32,000 bases of DNA from contig NC_002677.1 in the NCBI RefSeq assembly GCF_000195855.1, positions 570,001 through 602,000 of the forward strand, given 5' to 3'. Below the pieces are notes generated by a model. It saw only the letters and a list, made by a program, of their open reading frames with translations. It was not told where the DNA came from and did no database searches. Positions 21,834 to 32,000 of this stretch are shown here, one piece after another (within the stretch, counting starts at the first letter, position 1; each line of letters begins with the position of its first letter). The translations under genes and the position numbers were made by a program. The stretch is from Mycobacterium leprae TN. GTDB lineage: Bacteria > Actinomycetota > Actinomycetes > Mycobacteriales > Mycobacteriaceae.

Positions 21834-23249
21834 ATGGTCTCCAGAGCCAAAGTCGGCGCCGAGACCACCAAGGGTATCGACGAACCAGACCGAAATGACA
21901 ACACCGACGACAATGGCGCCGGTGCGGTCGAAGTCACCGAAGCCGCCGAGGATGCCGTGGAGCTGACTAACGATATATCCACACAGCTGCCGCAGCACGG
22001 CTTTCTTGCTCGGTTCTACACCGGCCTTTCTCGACTGTACACCGGCACCGGTGTGTTCGAGGTGGTGGGACGCCGGCGGCTGTGGTACAGCGTGGGCGGC
22101 GTCATCGTGGCGGTTGCGGTCCTGTCCATTATCGTTCGCGGGTTTACTTTCGGGATTGATTTCAAGGGCGGCACCACGGTGTCCATGCCTGTCTCGCCCG
22201 GAGTGGGGGGGACAGGCGCAATTGAGGTTGCGCAGGTTGCCGATGTCTTCAAGAAGACCCTTGGCAGTGATCCGGAATCGGTGGTCGTTGTTGGTAACGG
22301 CGCGTCAGCAACGGTGCGGATCAGTTCGAAAACGCTGTCCAATGACCAGACGTCGAAGCTGCGTAACGCCTTGTTTGACGCATTCGGACCCAAAGGCGCC
22401 GACGCTAAGCCTAGCAAGCAGGCAATCAGCGACGCGGCGGTATCGGAGACCTGGGGCGGTCAGATCACCAAGAAGGTGGTGATCGCTCTTGTGGTGTTTC
22501 TGGTGCTAGTCGGCCTGTACATCACTGTGCGGTACGAGCGTTATATGGCTATCTCCGCACTGACTACCATGTGTTTTGACCTGACCGTCACAGCCGGCGT
22601 GTACTCGCTGGTGGGCTTCGAAGTCACTCCGGCCACTGTCATCGGCTTGTTGACGATCCTCGGTTTCTCTCTCTACGACACCGTTATCGTGTTCGACAAA
22701 GTTGAGGAGAATACCCACGGTTTCCAGCACACCACTCGGCGCACCTTCGCTGAGCAGGCTAACTTGGCGATCAATCAGACCTTCATGCGTTCGATCAACA
22801 CCAGCCTGATCTCGGTACTACCGGTGTTGGCGCTGATGGTGGTCGCGGTGTGGTTGCTGGGCGTCGGTACGCTCAAGGACCTGGCATTAGTGCAGCTGGT
22901 CGGCATCATTGTCGGCACCTACTCGTCGATCTTCTTTGCAACTCCACTGTTGGTCACGCTGCGTGAACGCACAGAGCTGGTACGCACCCACACCCGCCGG
23001 GTAGTCAAACGGCGCACCCTCGGTTCGCAAGTGGGCAAAAAAAACGCTGACAGCCACGTTGCAGCAGGCACCCGAAAACCGCAGAATCAAGCGGAATCCT
23101 GCGCTGACGCATCGTCGCAGGAGGGCACCGAGGTCGCCACCGCGTCCGTGCCCACGGTACTCAGCAAGCTGGCACCGGGAGTGCGTCCGGTGCGGCCGAC
23201 CGGTACCCGACGTCCTACCGGCAAGCGAAACAACGTCGGTCGGCGGTAG
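21834..23249 (+). CDS. secF: Protein translocase subunit SecF, 471 aa
   Basis: FGIDFKGGTTVSMPV; LTILGFSLYDTVIVFDKVEEN; INQTFMRSINTSLISVLPVLALMVVAVWLLG; ATG 21834 just after the secD stop. Confidence 0.97.
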   Translation: MVSRAKVGAETTKGIDEPDRNDNTDDNGAGAVEVTEAAEDAVELTNDISTQLPQHGFLARFYTGLSRLYTGTGVFEVVGRRRLWYSVGGVIVAVAVLSIIVRGFTFGIDFKGGTTVSMPVSPGVGGTGAIEVAQVADVFKKTLGSDPESVVVVGNGASATVRISSKTLSNDQTSKLRNALFDAFGPKGADAKPSKQAISDAAVSETWGGQITKKVVIALVVFLVLVGLYITVRYERYMAISALTTMCFDLTVTAGVYSLVGFEVTPATVIGLLTILGFSLYDTVIVFDKVEENTHGFQHTTRRTFAEQANLAINQTFMRSINTSLISVLPVLALMVVAVWLLGVGTLKDLALVQLVGIIVGTYSSIFFATPLLVTLRERTELVRTHTRRVVKRRTLGSQVGKKNADSHVAAGTRKPQNQAESCADASSQEGTEVATASVPTVLSKLAPGVRPVRPTGTRRPTGKRNNVGRR

Positions 23250-23254
23250 TCAAG

Positions 23255-24961
23255 GTGGCTACCCGAGGTTGGCAAGCCGTGAGTGAGTACGATTTGCGGT
23301 CCGGCTTATTCGGGGTTTTGCGGTGGACTGCAGTAGGCTTGGTCGCGACGCTGGTGGCTTCTTTGGCGCTGACTGCGTGTTCTGGAAGCGCCGCGGGGGA
23401 GATCGTCTATGTGGTCGACGGGGCGTTGGGTACCTACAACACTAACACCATCGTCGGTGCTGCGTCGGCCGGAGCGCAGGCGTTTGCCCGCACGCTCATC
23501 GGCTTCGGCTATCACGGCCCCGATGGACAGATAGTCGCTGACCACGACTTCGGAACCATCACGGTGGTGGGCGGGGTGCCATTAGTGCTCGACTACCAGA
23601 TAGCCGACAATGCTGTCTACTCCGACGGCAAGCAGGTGACTTGCGATGATTTGGTGCTGACCTGGGCTGCCCAGTCTGGGCGGTTTCCCGGCTTCGATGC
23701 TGCCACCCAGGCCGGTTACCGCGACATTGCTAATATCGAGTGCCTGGCCGGGCAGAAGAAATCCCGCGTGTTCTTCGTCCCGGACCGCAGCGTTGTCGAT
23801 TATGAACAGCTGTTCGCCGCGACCTCGATGATGCCGTCACACGTCATCGCTGACCAACTGAATATCGACGTGACGGAGGCATTGCTGACCCACAATGCGA
23901 CATTGGTGGAACAGATCGCGCGATTGTGGAACACCACCTGGGACCTCAAACCAGCTGTCGATTTGAGACGCTTCCCGTCGTCAGGCCCATACAAGATCGA
24001 ATCCGTCTTGAACGGTGGCGCTGTAGTGCTTGTAGCCAACGACCGTTGGTGGGGTCTCAAGGCGACCACCAAGCGGATCACAGTACGGCCACAGGAAGCC
24101 GACATCCAGGACCGAGTCAACAACCGCAGCGTCGACGTCGTCGATGTCGCGGTCGGGTCGTCGGGATCGCTGGCCACTCCGGACAATTACGCGCGCATCG
24201 ACTCGCCGTCGGCGGGCATCGAGCAGCTGATCTTTGCGCCGCAGGGGCTGCTGGCTGCGGCTGCCGCCCGCCGCGCACTCGCGCTGTGTACGCCCCGCGA
24301 CGTGGTCGCTCGAGACGCGGGGTTGTCGATCGCCAACTCACGCCTGTCCCCGGCTACCGAGGATGCCATCGCTGCGGCCGACGGTGCTCGCGAGGCCGGC
24401 CAGTTCAGCAAGGCGGATCCCGCCGCAGCGCACGACGCACTTAGTGGTGAGACGTTGCCGGTGCGGATCGGCTACCAAGGGCCCAACGCACGGTTGGCGG
24501 CCACCGTCGGGACTATCGCCAAGGCGTGCGCTGTAGCTGGTATCAGTGTGTCCAGCGTTACCTTGGACTCCTCGACGGACCCCTCGGGCCCGCAGGCGCT
24601 TCGGGACGGAAAGATCGACGTGCTGTTGGCCAGCACTGGTGGCGCCACCGGCAGCGGATCGAGTGGGTCATCTTCGATGGATGCCTATGACCTACACACC
24701 GGCAACGGCAACAACCTGTCTGGCTATGCAAACGCGCAGGTTGACAACAATATCGGCGCGTTGGCGGTATCCGCTGACCCAGCCGAGCGTGTTCGGCTCC
24801 TCGCCGATAGTGCACCTGTACTCTGGGCGGATATGCCGACATTGCCTCTATACCGGCAGCAGCGAATGCTGCTGATGTCGAAGACAATGTATGCAGTTAC
24901 CAGGAATCCGACCCGTTGGGGCGCGGGTTGGAACATGGATCGATGGGCGTTAGTACGATGA
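23255..24961 (+). CDS. Lipoprotein, extracellular solute-binding protein family 5-like (Rv2585c-like)
   Basis: Signal sequence with lipobox VASLALTACSG; YTVSDGKQ-like NAVYSDGKQVTCDDLVLTWAAQSG typical of dipeptide-binding proteins; follows secF. Exact start uncertain. Confidence 0.88.
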   Translation: MATRGWQAVSEYDLRSGLFGVLRWTAVGLVATLVASLALTACSGSAAGEIVYVVDGALGTYNTNTIVGAASAGAQAFARTLIGFGYHGPDGQIVADHDFGTITVVGGVPLVLDYQIADNAVYSDGKQVTCDDLVLTWAAQSGRFPGFDAATQAGYRDIANIECLAGQKKSRVFFVPDRSVVDYEQLFAATSMMPSHVIADQLNIDVTEALLTHNATLVEQIARLWNTTWDLKPAVDLRRFPSSGPYKIESVLNGGAVVLVANDRWWGLKATTKRITVRPQEADIQDRVNNRSVDVVDVAVGSSGSLATPDNYARIDSPSAGIEQLIFAPQGLLAAAAARRALALCTPRDVVARDAGLSIANSRLSPATEDAIAAADGAREAGQFSKADPAAAHDALSGETLPVRIGYQGPNARLAATVGTIAKACAVAGISVSSVTLDSSTDPSGPQALRDGKIDVLLASTGGATGSGSSGSSSMDAYDLHTGNGNNLSGYANAQVDNNIGALAVSADPAERVRLLADSAPVLWADMPTLPLYRQQRMLLMSKTMYAVTRNPTRWGAGWNMDRWALVR

Positions 24962-24990
24962 AAAGCTTTAAGGTTTGAGGAGGTGTCTCC

Positions 24991-25510
24991 GTGGCCGACC
25001 TTATCGCTGCCTTGACTCGGAATGCGGCCGATTTCCCGACGCCAGCCATCCAGTTCAAGGACCTTACTCCGCTGTTCGCTGACTGACAGGCGATGGCCAG
25101 CGGTGATCGATGCGTTAGCAGACGTTGCAGCTGGCGCTGATCTGGTCACCGGCCTCGAGTTTCGAGGGACTATGGTGGTTGCAGCTACAGCGGCCCGGCT
25201 CGACATCGGTGTATTGGCCATTCGCAAGAGCGGCAAGCTGCCGCTGTCTGTGCTCAGCGAAGATTACATCATGGAGTAACGGCCAGCGGCATCATCGAGG
25301 TACCCGCTGACAGCGTCGAGCTACGCAGCCGCAACGTGGTGATTATTGACGACGTCTTGGCGACTGCCGGCACTCTCGGTGTGGTGTGCCGATTATTGGA
25401 GCGCAGCGGGTCCGGTGCCATTGCGGCGGCGGTAGGTTATGGAACTCACGGCGTTGGGTGGTCGCGAGGCGATCGCACCGCTGCAGGTACAAAGTTTGAG
25501 CCGCGCCTAG
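24991..25510 (+). pseudogene. apt: Adenine phosphoribosyltransferase, at least three frame disruptions
   Basis: [31 protein letters not shown]; then [47 protein letters not shown]; then [32 protein letters not shown] (PRPP motif); then [32 protein letters not shown] precedes GTG 24991. Confidence 0.93.
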
Positions 25511-25606
25511 CCTCGCTATCTGGGTACTTCCCCTCCGTGCTGGAATGGCTTGGGAGAAGCAGGTCAATCGGACTCAGGGATATCCTTAAGGTCGGAGGTG
25601 ACCAAC

Positions 25607-27970
25607 GTGGCGGACGACCAAGGTACGGCGCAAGCTTTGCAACCAGTTCAGGTGGTCCCCGGCCCTGCTGTTGAGGCACCGGAGACGCCGGTCGAAACCC
25701 TGAAGACTTCTAGCAGTGCGTCTCGTCGGGTCCGGGCTCGGTTGGCCCGTCGGATGACCGCTCAACGCAGCACCATCAGTCCCGTGCTCGAGCCGCTGGT
25801 GGCTGTGCATAAAGAGTTTTATCCCAAGGCAAACCTTTCGATAGTGCAGCGAGCCTTTGAAGTCGCCGACCAACGGCACGCCAGTCAACTGCGGCGTTCC
25901 GGTGATCCGTACATCACCCATCCGCTGGCCGTTGCCAACATTTTGGCTGAGTTGGGCATGGATATCACTACCCTGGTGGCTGCGCTACTGCACGACACGG
26001 TCGAGGACACCGGTTACACGCTCGAGGCACTGTCCGAAGAATTTGGCGACGAGGTAGGCCATCTCGTCGACGGGGTGACCAAGCTGGATCGGGTGGTGCT
26101 GGGCAGTGCTGCCGAGGGCGAGACCATCCGCAAGATGATTACCGCAATGGCCCGTGATCCACGGGTGTTGGTTATCAAGGTGGCCGACCGGTTGCATAAC
26201 ATGCGCACCATGCGCTTCCTGCCTCCGGAAAAGCAGGCGCGCAAGGCCCGTGAGACATTGGAAGTCATTGCACCACTAGCGCATAGGCTAGGTATGGCCA
26301 GTGTTAAGTGGGAGTTGGAAGACCTGTCTTTCGCGATCTTGCATCCCAAAAAATACGAGGAGATCGTACGGCTGGTAGCGGGCCGTGCACCGTCCCGCGA
26401 TACCTACCTGGCCAAGGTCCGTGCCGAGATCATAAGTACCCTGGGTGCGTCGAAAATCAAGGCGACGGTGGAGGGCCGGCCCAAGCATTACTGGTCGATT
26501 TATCAGAAAATGATCGTCAAGGGGCGAGACTTCGACGATATTCACGACTTGGTCGGCATCCGTATCCTGTGCGACGAGATCCGCGACTGCTATGCCGCTG
26601 TCGGCGTGGTGCATTCGTTGTGGCAGCCGATGGCGGGACGGTTTAAAGACTACATTGCTCAGCCGAGGTATGGTGTGTACCAGTCGTTGCACACCACGGT
26701 CGTTGGGCCCGAGGGCAAGCCTTTGGAAGTACAGATTCGTACCCGCGATATGCACCGTACCGCCGAATACGGCATAGCAGCGCACTGGCGCTATAAAGAA
26801 GCCAAGGGCCGCAACGGTGTTCTGCATCCACATGCAGCCGCAGAGATCGACGATATGGCCTGGATGCGGCAGCTTCTCGACTGGCAACGAGAGGCCGCCG
26901 AACCAGGTGAGTTCTTGGAGTCGTTGCGTTACGACCTTGCAGTGCAAGAGATTTTTGTGTTCACTCCTAAAGGGGACGTCATCACGTTGCCGACTGGGTC
27001 AACGCCGGTGGACTTTGCCTATGCGGTGCACACCGAGGTCGGGCACCGATGCATTGGTGCCAGAGTCAACGGACGACTGGTGGCGCTGGAGCGCAAGCTG
27101 GAAAACGGGGAATTCGTAGAGATTTTCACATCCAAAGCTCCCAATGCCGGGCCTTCGCGGGATTGGCAGCAGTTCGTGGTGTCGCCGCGCGCTAAGACGA
27201 AGATCCGTCAATGGTTCGCCAAGGAGCGGCGTGAGGAAGCACTGGAGGCTGGTAAGGATGCGATGGCCCGCGAGGTACGTCGCGGTGGACTTCCTTTGCA
27301 GCGCTTGGTGAATGGTGAGTCCATGGCGGCAGTGGCCCGTGAGCTACATTACATTGACGTGTCCGCACTGTATACCGCAATTGGTGAAGGACACGTGTCT
27401 GCCCGGCACGTCGTGCAGCGGCTGTTGGCCGAGTTGGGCGGTATCGATCAGGCTGAAGAGGAACTGGCCGAACGGTCCACACCGACGACCATGCTGCGCC
27501 GTCAACGCAGCACCGATGATGTCGGGGTTTCGGTCCCCGGCGCCCCAGGTGTGCTGACTAAGCTAGCCAAATGCTGCACGCCGGTACCTGGCGATGCGAT
27601 CATGGGGTTCGTTACCCGCGGCGGCGGGGTTAGTGTGCACCGCACCGACTGCACCAACACGGCATCGCTGCAGCAGCAGGCCGAGCGCATCATCGAGGTG
27701 TTGTGGGCGCCGTCGTCGTCGTCGGTGTTTCTGGTGGCGATTCAGGTGGAGGCGCTCGACCGGCATCGGCTGCTGTTGGACATAACACGCGCGTTAGCCG
27801 ACGAAAGGGTGGACATTCTATCGGCGTCGGTCACCACGTCGGGTGACCGGGTGGCGATCAGCCGGTTTACCTTCGAGATGGGTGACCCCAAGCACCTCGG
27901 ACATCTGCTCAATGTGGTCCGCAATGTCGAAGGCGTTTACGATGTCTATCGGGTGATGTCTGCGTCTTGA
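25607..27970 (+). CDS. relA: Bifunctional (p)ppGpp synthetase/hydrolase, 787 aa from GTG start
   Basis: [35 protein letters not shown] (HD domain); synthetase [13 protein letters not shown]...[12 protein letters not shown]; [25 protein letters not shown]; TGS region and C-terminal ACT-like domain. Confidence 0.98.
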   Translation: MADDQGTAQALQPVQVVPGPAVEAPETPVETLKTSSSASRRVRARLARRMTAQRSTISPVLEPLVAVHKEFYPKANLSIVQRAFEVADQRHASQLRRSGDPYITHPLAVANILAELGMDITTLVAALLHDTVEDTGYTLEALSEEFGDEVGHLVDGVTKLDRVVLGSAAEGETIRKMITAMARDPRVLVIKVADRLHNMRTMRFLPPEKQARKARETLEVIAPLAHRLGMASVKWELEDLSFAILHPKKYEEIVRLVAGRAPSRDTYLAKVRAEIISTLGASKIKATVEGRPKHYWSIYQKMIVKGRDFDDIHDLVGIRILCDEIRDCYAAVGVVHSLWQPMAGRFKDYIAQPRYGVYQSLHTTVVGPEGKPLEVQIRTRDMHRTAEYGIAAHWRYKEAKGRNGVLHPHAAAEIDDMAWMRQLLDWQREAAEPGEFLESLRYDLAVQEIFVFTPKGDVITLPTGSTPVDFAYAVHTEVGHRCIGARVNGRLVALERKLENGEFVEIFTSKAPNAGPSRDWQQFVVSPRAKTKIRQWFAKERREEALEAGKDAMAREVRRGGLPLQRLVNGESMAAVARELHYIDVSALYTAIGEGHVSARHVVQRLLAELGGIDQAEEELAERSTPTTMLRRQRSTDDVGVSVPGAPGVLTKLAKCCTPVPGDAIMGFVTRGGGVSVHRTDCTNTASLQQQAERIIEVLWAPSSSSVFLVAIQVEALDRHRLLLDITRALADERVDILSASVTTSGDRVAISRFTFEMGDPKHLGHLLNVVRNVEGVYDVYRVMSAS

Positions 27971-28028
27971 CGTTCGGGTGGTTACTCGGCAAATCCCCCT
28001 CTGCTTTGACGTGGATGACCGGACGGCT

Positions 28029-28916
28029 TTAGTCGAGCCGCAGCGACTCGATGGTAACTTCGGTGGCTGGTGGCCCGTCATCACCGCCGCTGGCGATTCC
28101 GCCCTTAGCTATCTTGTCCAGCGTGGCCAGCCCGTCAGCCTGGATCGTGCCGAAGACGGTGTACTCAGGCGGTAACTGTGAGTCATGGTAGACTAGAAAA
28201 AATTGGCTGCCATTGGTGTTCGGACCGCTATTGGCCATTGCCAGTGTGCCACGCGGATACAGAACAGGTTGCTTCAATTTAGGGTCGTTGGGCGGGTACT
28301 GATCTGTGGGGTACTCGTTAGCGAACTTGTATCCTGGGCCGCCGGTGCCGTCGACTTTCGGGTCGCCACACTGTAAGACGCCCAGCATCAGGGAAGTGGT
28401 CAACCTATGACATTTTGTGTTGTTGAAAAAGCCCTGGCCGGTTAGACTGGCGAAACTATTTACCGTGCAAGGTGATTCGGCATTGTTTAGCAATAGACCG
28501 ATATTGCCCTGGTTGGTAGCCATACTTGCGCTCACTGTGGCTGGATCGGTCGGCACCTTGCCGGCCCGTGGCGGCTTGACTGGCTTGGCGGCCTTGTCCG
28601 CTGATGGTGGGTACTGGCAGTTGACGCCCAGGTTGGTCGACGGTTGGAATGATGGCAATGGCAGAACTGACGGCGTAACGGCGGGAGTCTTAGTCGCTGT
28701 CAGGGAGTTACTGGCGGTCGACGAAGCGGTATCGTGCTTGTGGCCAAGCTTGCTGATCACGACGGTAGCCACTACCGTAATAATTACGGCCACTGCCACT
28801 ACCACGCCACCGCTTATCAACAGGACTCGGCGCCATCGGGCCTGCTTAGCGCGGCGCTCCAGCTGTCGTTTCAGTTTGCGCTTGGCTGTTGCGCGTCGCT
28901 GTTCGTTGGTCGGCAC
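28029..28916 (-). CDS. ppiB: Peptidyl-prolyl cis-trans isomerase (cyclophilin type), membrane-anchored, 295 aa
   Basis: N-terminal TM segment VVVAVAVIITVVATVVI; NTKCHRLTTSLMLGVLQCGDPKVDGTGGPGYKFANE; LAMANSGPNTNGSQFFLVY. Confidence 0.95.
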   Translation of the reverse strand: MPTNEQRRATAKRKLKRQLERRAKQARWRRVLLISGGVVVAVAVIITVVATVVISKLGHKHDTASSTASNSLTATKTPAVTPSVLPLPSFQPSTNLGVNCQYPPSADKAAKPVKPPRAGKVPTDPATVSASMATNQGNIGLLLNNAESPCTVNSFASLTGQGFFNNTKCHRLTTSLMLGVLQCGDPKVDGTGGPGYKFANEYPTDQYPPNDPKLKQPVLYPRGTLAMANSGPNTNGSQFFLVYHDSQLPPEYTVFGTIQADGLATLDKIAKGGIASGGDDGPPATEVTIESLRLD

Positions 28917-29079
28917 GTCCGGTATGCCTCCATGGTTGTTCGATTAATTGGGGCCGAGTTGCCAGCCAAGGCTAATGTGAACGCCTCGACCTGTGTCAAG
29001 TTTTTGTTTCGCGGCGTCTGTCTCGGCTGCTGAGTGGACCGCATTGTCGTCGACGGCTAAGGGATGGGAAACTGGGGGT

Positions 29080-29736
29080 GTGTTAATCACCGGATTTCCC
29101 GCCGGGATGCTGCAGTGCAACTGTTACGTGCTGGCCGACCGGGCGGGTACGGATGCCGTCATAGTGGACCCCGGCCAGCGTGCGATGGGCCCGCTGCGGC
29201 GCATCCTTGACGAGAATCGTTTGACTCCATCGGCGGTGCTGCTCACCCACGGCCACATCGATCACATGTGGTCGGCCCAGAAAGTGTCCGACACCTATGG
29301 TTGTCCGACGTACATTCATCCCGAGGACCGGTTCATGTTGACCGATCCGCTCTTCGGCTTCGGTCCGCGGGTGGCGCAGGTCGTCACGGGAGCGTTCTTT
29401 CGTGAGCCCAAGCAGGTCGTCGAGCTGGACCGGGATGGCGATAAGCTCGATTTGGGCAGTGTGACCGTCAACGTCGACCATACCCCCGGACATACCCGCG
29501 GCTCGGTGTGTTTTTGGGTCGCCGCAGATACCGACGTGGTGTTGACCGGCGACACGCTGTTCGAGCGCACCATCGGTCGCACCGATCTGTTTGGTGGCAG
29601 TGGTCGTGACCTATACCGTTCCATCGTCGAAAAATTGTTGGTACTCGACGACAAGACCGTGGTACTACCCGGGCATGGCAACTCCACCACCATCGGTGCC
29701 GAGCGTCGTTTCAATCCGTTCCTCGAGGGCCTGTAG
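29080..29736 (+). CDS. Metallo-beta-lactamase fold hydrolase (glyoxalase II-like), 218 aa from GTG start
   Basis: LLTHGHIDHMW (HXHXDH motif); VDHTPGHTRGSVCFW; GDTLFERTIGRTDLFGG; LPGHGNSTTIG. Confidence 0.92.
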   Translation: MLITGFPAGMLQCNCYVLADRAGTDAVIVDPGQRAMGPLRRILDENRLTPSAVLLTHGHIDHMWSAQKVSDTYGCPTYIHPEDRFMLTDPLFGFGPRVAQVVTGAFFREPKQVVELDRDGDKLDLGSVTVNVDHTPGHTRGSVCFWVAADTDVVLTGDTLFERTIGRTDLFGGSGRDLYRSIVEKLLVLDDKTVVLPGHGNSTTIGAERRFNPFLEGL

Positions 29737-29739
29737 CTT

Positions 29740-31023
29740 GTGACGGAGTCATGCACTGTGTTTTCGTTTTCTGGGCCCAAGGGGATACCGGATTATTTTC
29801 CTCCGGACTCGGCGCAATTTGTCGCGGTACGTGATGGTTTGCTCACTGCCGCCCGCAGGGCCGGTTACGGCGATATCGAGTTACCTGTTTTCGAGGACAC
29901 CGCGTTGTTCGCTCGCGGCGTTGGTGAGTCCACTGACGTGGTAGCCAAGGAGATGTATACGTTTGCTGACCGTGGTGATCGCTCGGTTACGCTGCGTCCC
30001 GAGGGCACCGCTGGGGTGGTGCGTGCGGTGATTGAACACGGTCTGGACCGTGGAGCGTTGCCGGTGAAGCTGTGCTACGCGGGCCCGTTTTTCCGATACG
30101 AGCGTCCCCAGGCCGGCCGATGTCGCCAACTGCAGCAGGTCGGCGTTGAAGCAATCGGTGTCGACGACCCGGCCCTAGACGCCGAGGTGATCACCATCGC
30201 CGACGCTGGCTTCCGCTCCCTGGGTCTGGACGGGTTCCAGTTGGAAATCACTTCGCTGGGCGATGGTACTTGTCGCCCGCAATATCGAAAACTGTTGCAG
30301 GAGTTTCTCTTGCAGCTCGACCTTGACGAAGATACCCGCCGACGCGCCGAGCTTAATCCGCTGCGGGTGCTTGATGACAAACGACCCCAGGTGCAAGCGA
30401 TGACAGCCGCAGCTCCGGTGTTGCTAGACCATTTGTCCGATGGCGCCAAGCAGCACTTCGATACGGTGCTGGCTCACCTGGACGCTCTGCGGGTGCCATA
30501 TGTCATCAACCCGCGGATGGTGCGAGGGCTGGATTACTACACAAAAACAACCTTCGAGTTCGTCCACCCCGGCTTAGGTGCGCAATCCGGCATCGGCGGC
30601 GGTGGACGTTATGATGGTCTAATGCGTCAGCTCGGCGGGCAGGACTTGTCGGGCATCGGATTCGGACTCGGGGTGGACCGGACCTTGCTGGCCCTACATG
30701 CCGAAGGCAAGACCGTGGGGGAAACCACACGCTGCGACGTATTCGGTGTGTCGCTGGGTGAAGCTGCTAAACTCAAGGTGGCGATGTTGGCCGGGCAACT
30801 GCGTGCTGCCGGCGTCCGCGTCGACCTGATCTACGGGGATCGCGGGATCAGGGGAGCGATGCGTGCGGCGGGCCGTTCCGGTGCTCGCATCGCGTTGATA
30901 GTAGATGATTGCGCCATTAAGGCCGACGGTGTCGGTGTGAGGGATCTAGCCACCGGTGAACAGATTTCGGTAGCTGTAGATTCTGTTGTCGCCGAAGTAA
31001 TTTCGAGAATAGCTCCGAGTTAG
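29740..31023 (+). CDS. hisS: Histidyl-tRNA synthetase, 427 aa
   Basis: [16 protein letters not shown]; [15 protein letters not shown]; [23 protein letters not shown]; [14 protein letters not shown]; [11 protein letters not shown]. Confidence 0.98.
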   Translation: MTESCTVFSFSGPKGIPDYFPPDSAQFVAVRDGLLTAARRAGYGDIELPVFEDTALFARGVGESTDVVAKEMYTFADRGDRSVTLRPEGTAGVVRAVIEHGLDRGALPVKLCYAGPFFRYERPQAGRCRQLQQVGVEAIGVDDPALDAEVITIADAGFRSLGLDGFQLEITSLGDGTCRPQYRKLLQEFLLQLDLDEDTRRRAELNPLRVLDDKRPQVQAMTAAAPVLLDHLSDGAKQHFDTVLAHLDALRVPYVINPRMVRGLDYYTKTTFEFVHPGLGAQSGIGGGGRYDGLMRQLGGQDLSGIGFGLGVDRTLLALHAEGKTVGETTRCDVFGVSLGEAAKLKVAMLAGQLRAAGVRVDLIYGDRGIRGAMRAAGRSGARIALIVDDCAIKADGVGVRDLATGEQISVAVDSVVAEVISRIAPS

Positions 31024-31151
31024 CTCGGCTGACTTCGTCAGACGAAATTTGTCGTTCGTCTGAACCAGGGGTCGGCGTTATTGACCATACGGTTATTGAC
31101 GTGATCGCAGAAGCCGGCTCGCGGGGATGCTGAGGTGTTGGGAGCGAAGAC

Positions 31152-31606
31152 ATGGCGTTTGTTATTGTGCTCCCTGAACTGGTGGCAGCCACAGCGACGG
31201 ATCTGTAGGGAATCGGCACTTCGCTGAGCGAAGTCGACGCCGCGGCTGCCGCGCAAACAACTGGAGTACTGGCGGCCGGTGATGACGAAATTCGGCGGCC
31301 ACTACGACGTTGTTTCCGGGTACGGTCTGGCCTACCGGGCGCTCAGTGATCAGGTGGAGCAATTTCATTAACAGGTTCGTGCAGGCGCTCAATGTCACTG
31401 CGACGCGTTATGTCAGTGCTAGGTCGGTAAATGCCTCGCTATTGCAGACTTTGGAGCAGGAGCTGTTGGGTTTGGTCAATGCGTCCACCGAGACGTTGCT
31501 GGGACATCCGCTGATTGGCAATGGCGGTATGAAAGGCAACGGTGGTCAATTGGCGGGCACTTCGGGGATGATGGGTGCGGTGCAGCCCTTCCGCGTGTGG
31601 ACTTGA
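31152..31606 (+). pseudogene. PE-family protein, in-frame stop plus frameshift
   Basis: ATG 31152 MAFVIVLPELVAATATDL*GIGTSLSEVDAAAAAQTTGVLAAGDDEI, then in another frame FVQALNVTATRYVSARSVNASLLQTLEQELLGLVNASTETLLGHPLIGNGG. Confidence 0.92.
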
Positions 31607-32000
31607 CGAATATTGGGATTGATGTTCGCATATAAACATGTGTTGGGCTGGTCAAACTTCGTAGTCAACGGGACGTTTGTCGACGACGGGGTGCTGCTGG
31701 CGGCTGCAGCGGGTCGGTTTCGTCCATAAGCGTGCGCGTTCCGCATTTCGAGAGCCGCTACGTATTGATGCCCGGCATCATCAACACGCTCGTCGGGGTC
31801 CGGCACGCTGCTGTCAATCTTTCGCCCTACGGAACCCTGCTGGGTAGGGACCTGTCGCTCATCGCCGACGAGGTGCAACAGGTGTCGGCGTCGCTGGCGG
31901 TAGCTGATGCAGAGTTACACTGAGATGTCGAACTGGGCACATCGGATACCGCAGGAGCTTCTGGGGCTGATCAGCGCAATCCGTTACGCCGGTCTGGACT

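Noticed and set aside
1-32000. CRISPR array, tRNA/rRNA genes, intact transposase or prophage module
   Set aside because: No regularly spaced direct repeats, no tRNA-like T-arm/acceptor pattern noticed, and no transposase, integrase or phage structural protein motifs in the ORF track.

Overview
This 32 kb window looks like a genome segment from the Mycobacterium leprae / M. lepromatosis lineage. It holds intact, M. leprae-length housekeeping genes separated by long stretches of decayed pseudogenes. Intact genes: pdxT, yebC-family regulator, ruvC-ruvA-ruvB, a carboxylic acid reductase (fadD9/car), gabT, yajC, secD, secF, a solute-binding lipoprotein, relA/spoT homologue, ppiB, a glyoxalase II-like metallo-hydrolase and hisS. 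Gene order matches what I recall of the M. tuberculosis Rv2605c-Rv2580c block. Recognisable relics, found by reading across frames: ferrous-iron transporter feoB (~2.5-4.4 kb), a tesB2-like C-terminal tail before pdxT, a five-gene minus-strand cluster (spermidine-synthase-like speE, DUF350, DUF4247, DUF2617, DUF4178), a DUF1304 membrane gene after ruvB, adenine phosphoribosyltransferase (apt), and a PE-family gene after hisS. Other notable structure: a perfect 31-bp inverted repeat with a 4-nt loop at 5173-5238, and an unusually AT-rich unassigned segment at ~0.5-2.15 kb. I found no CRISPR array, no tRNA/rRNA and no convincing intact mobile element. No intact novel system is evident. The best leads for undescribed biology are the decayed speE-DUF350-DUF4247-DUF2617-DUF4178 cluster, the AT-rich island and the palindrome. 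No database search was run, so family calls rest on motif recognition and recalled gene order.
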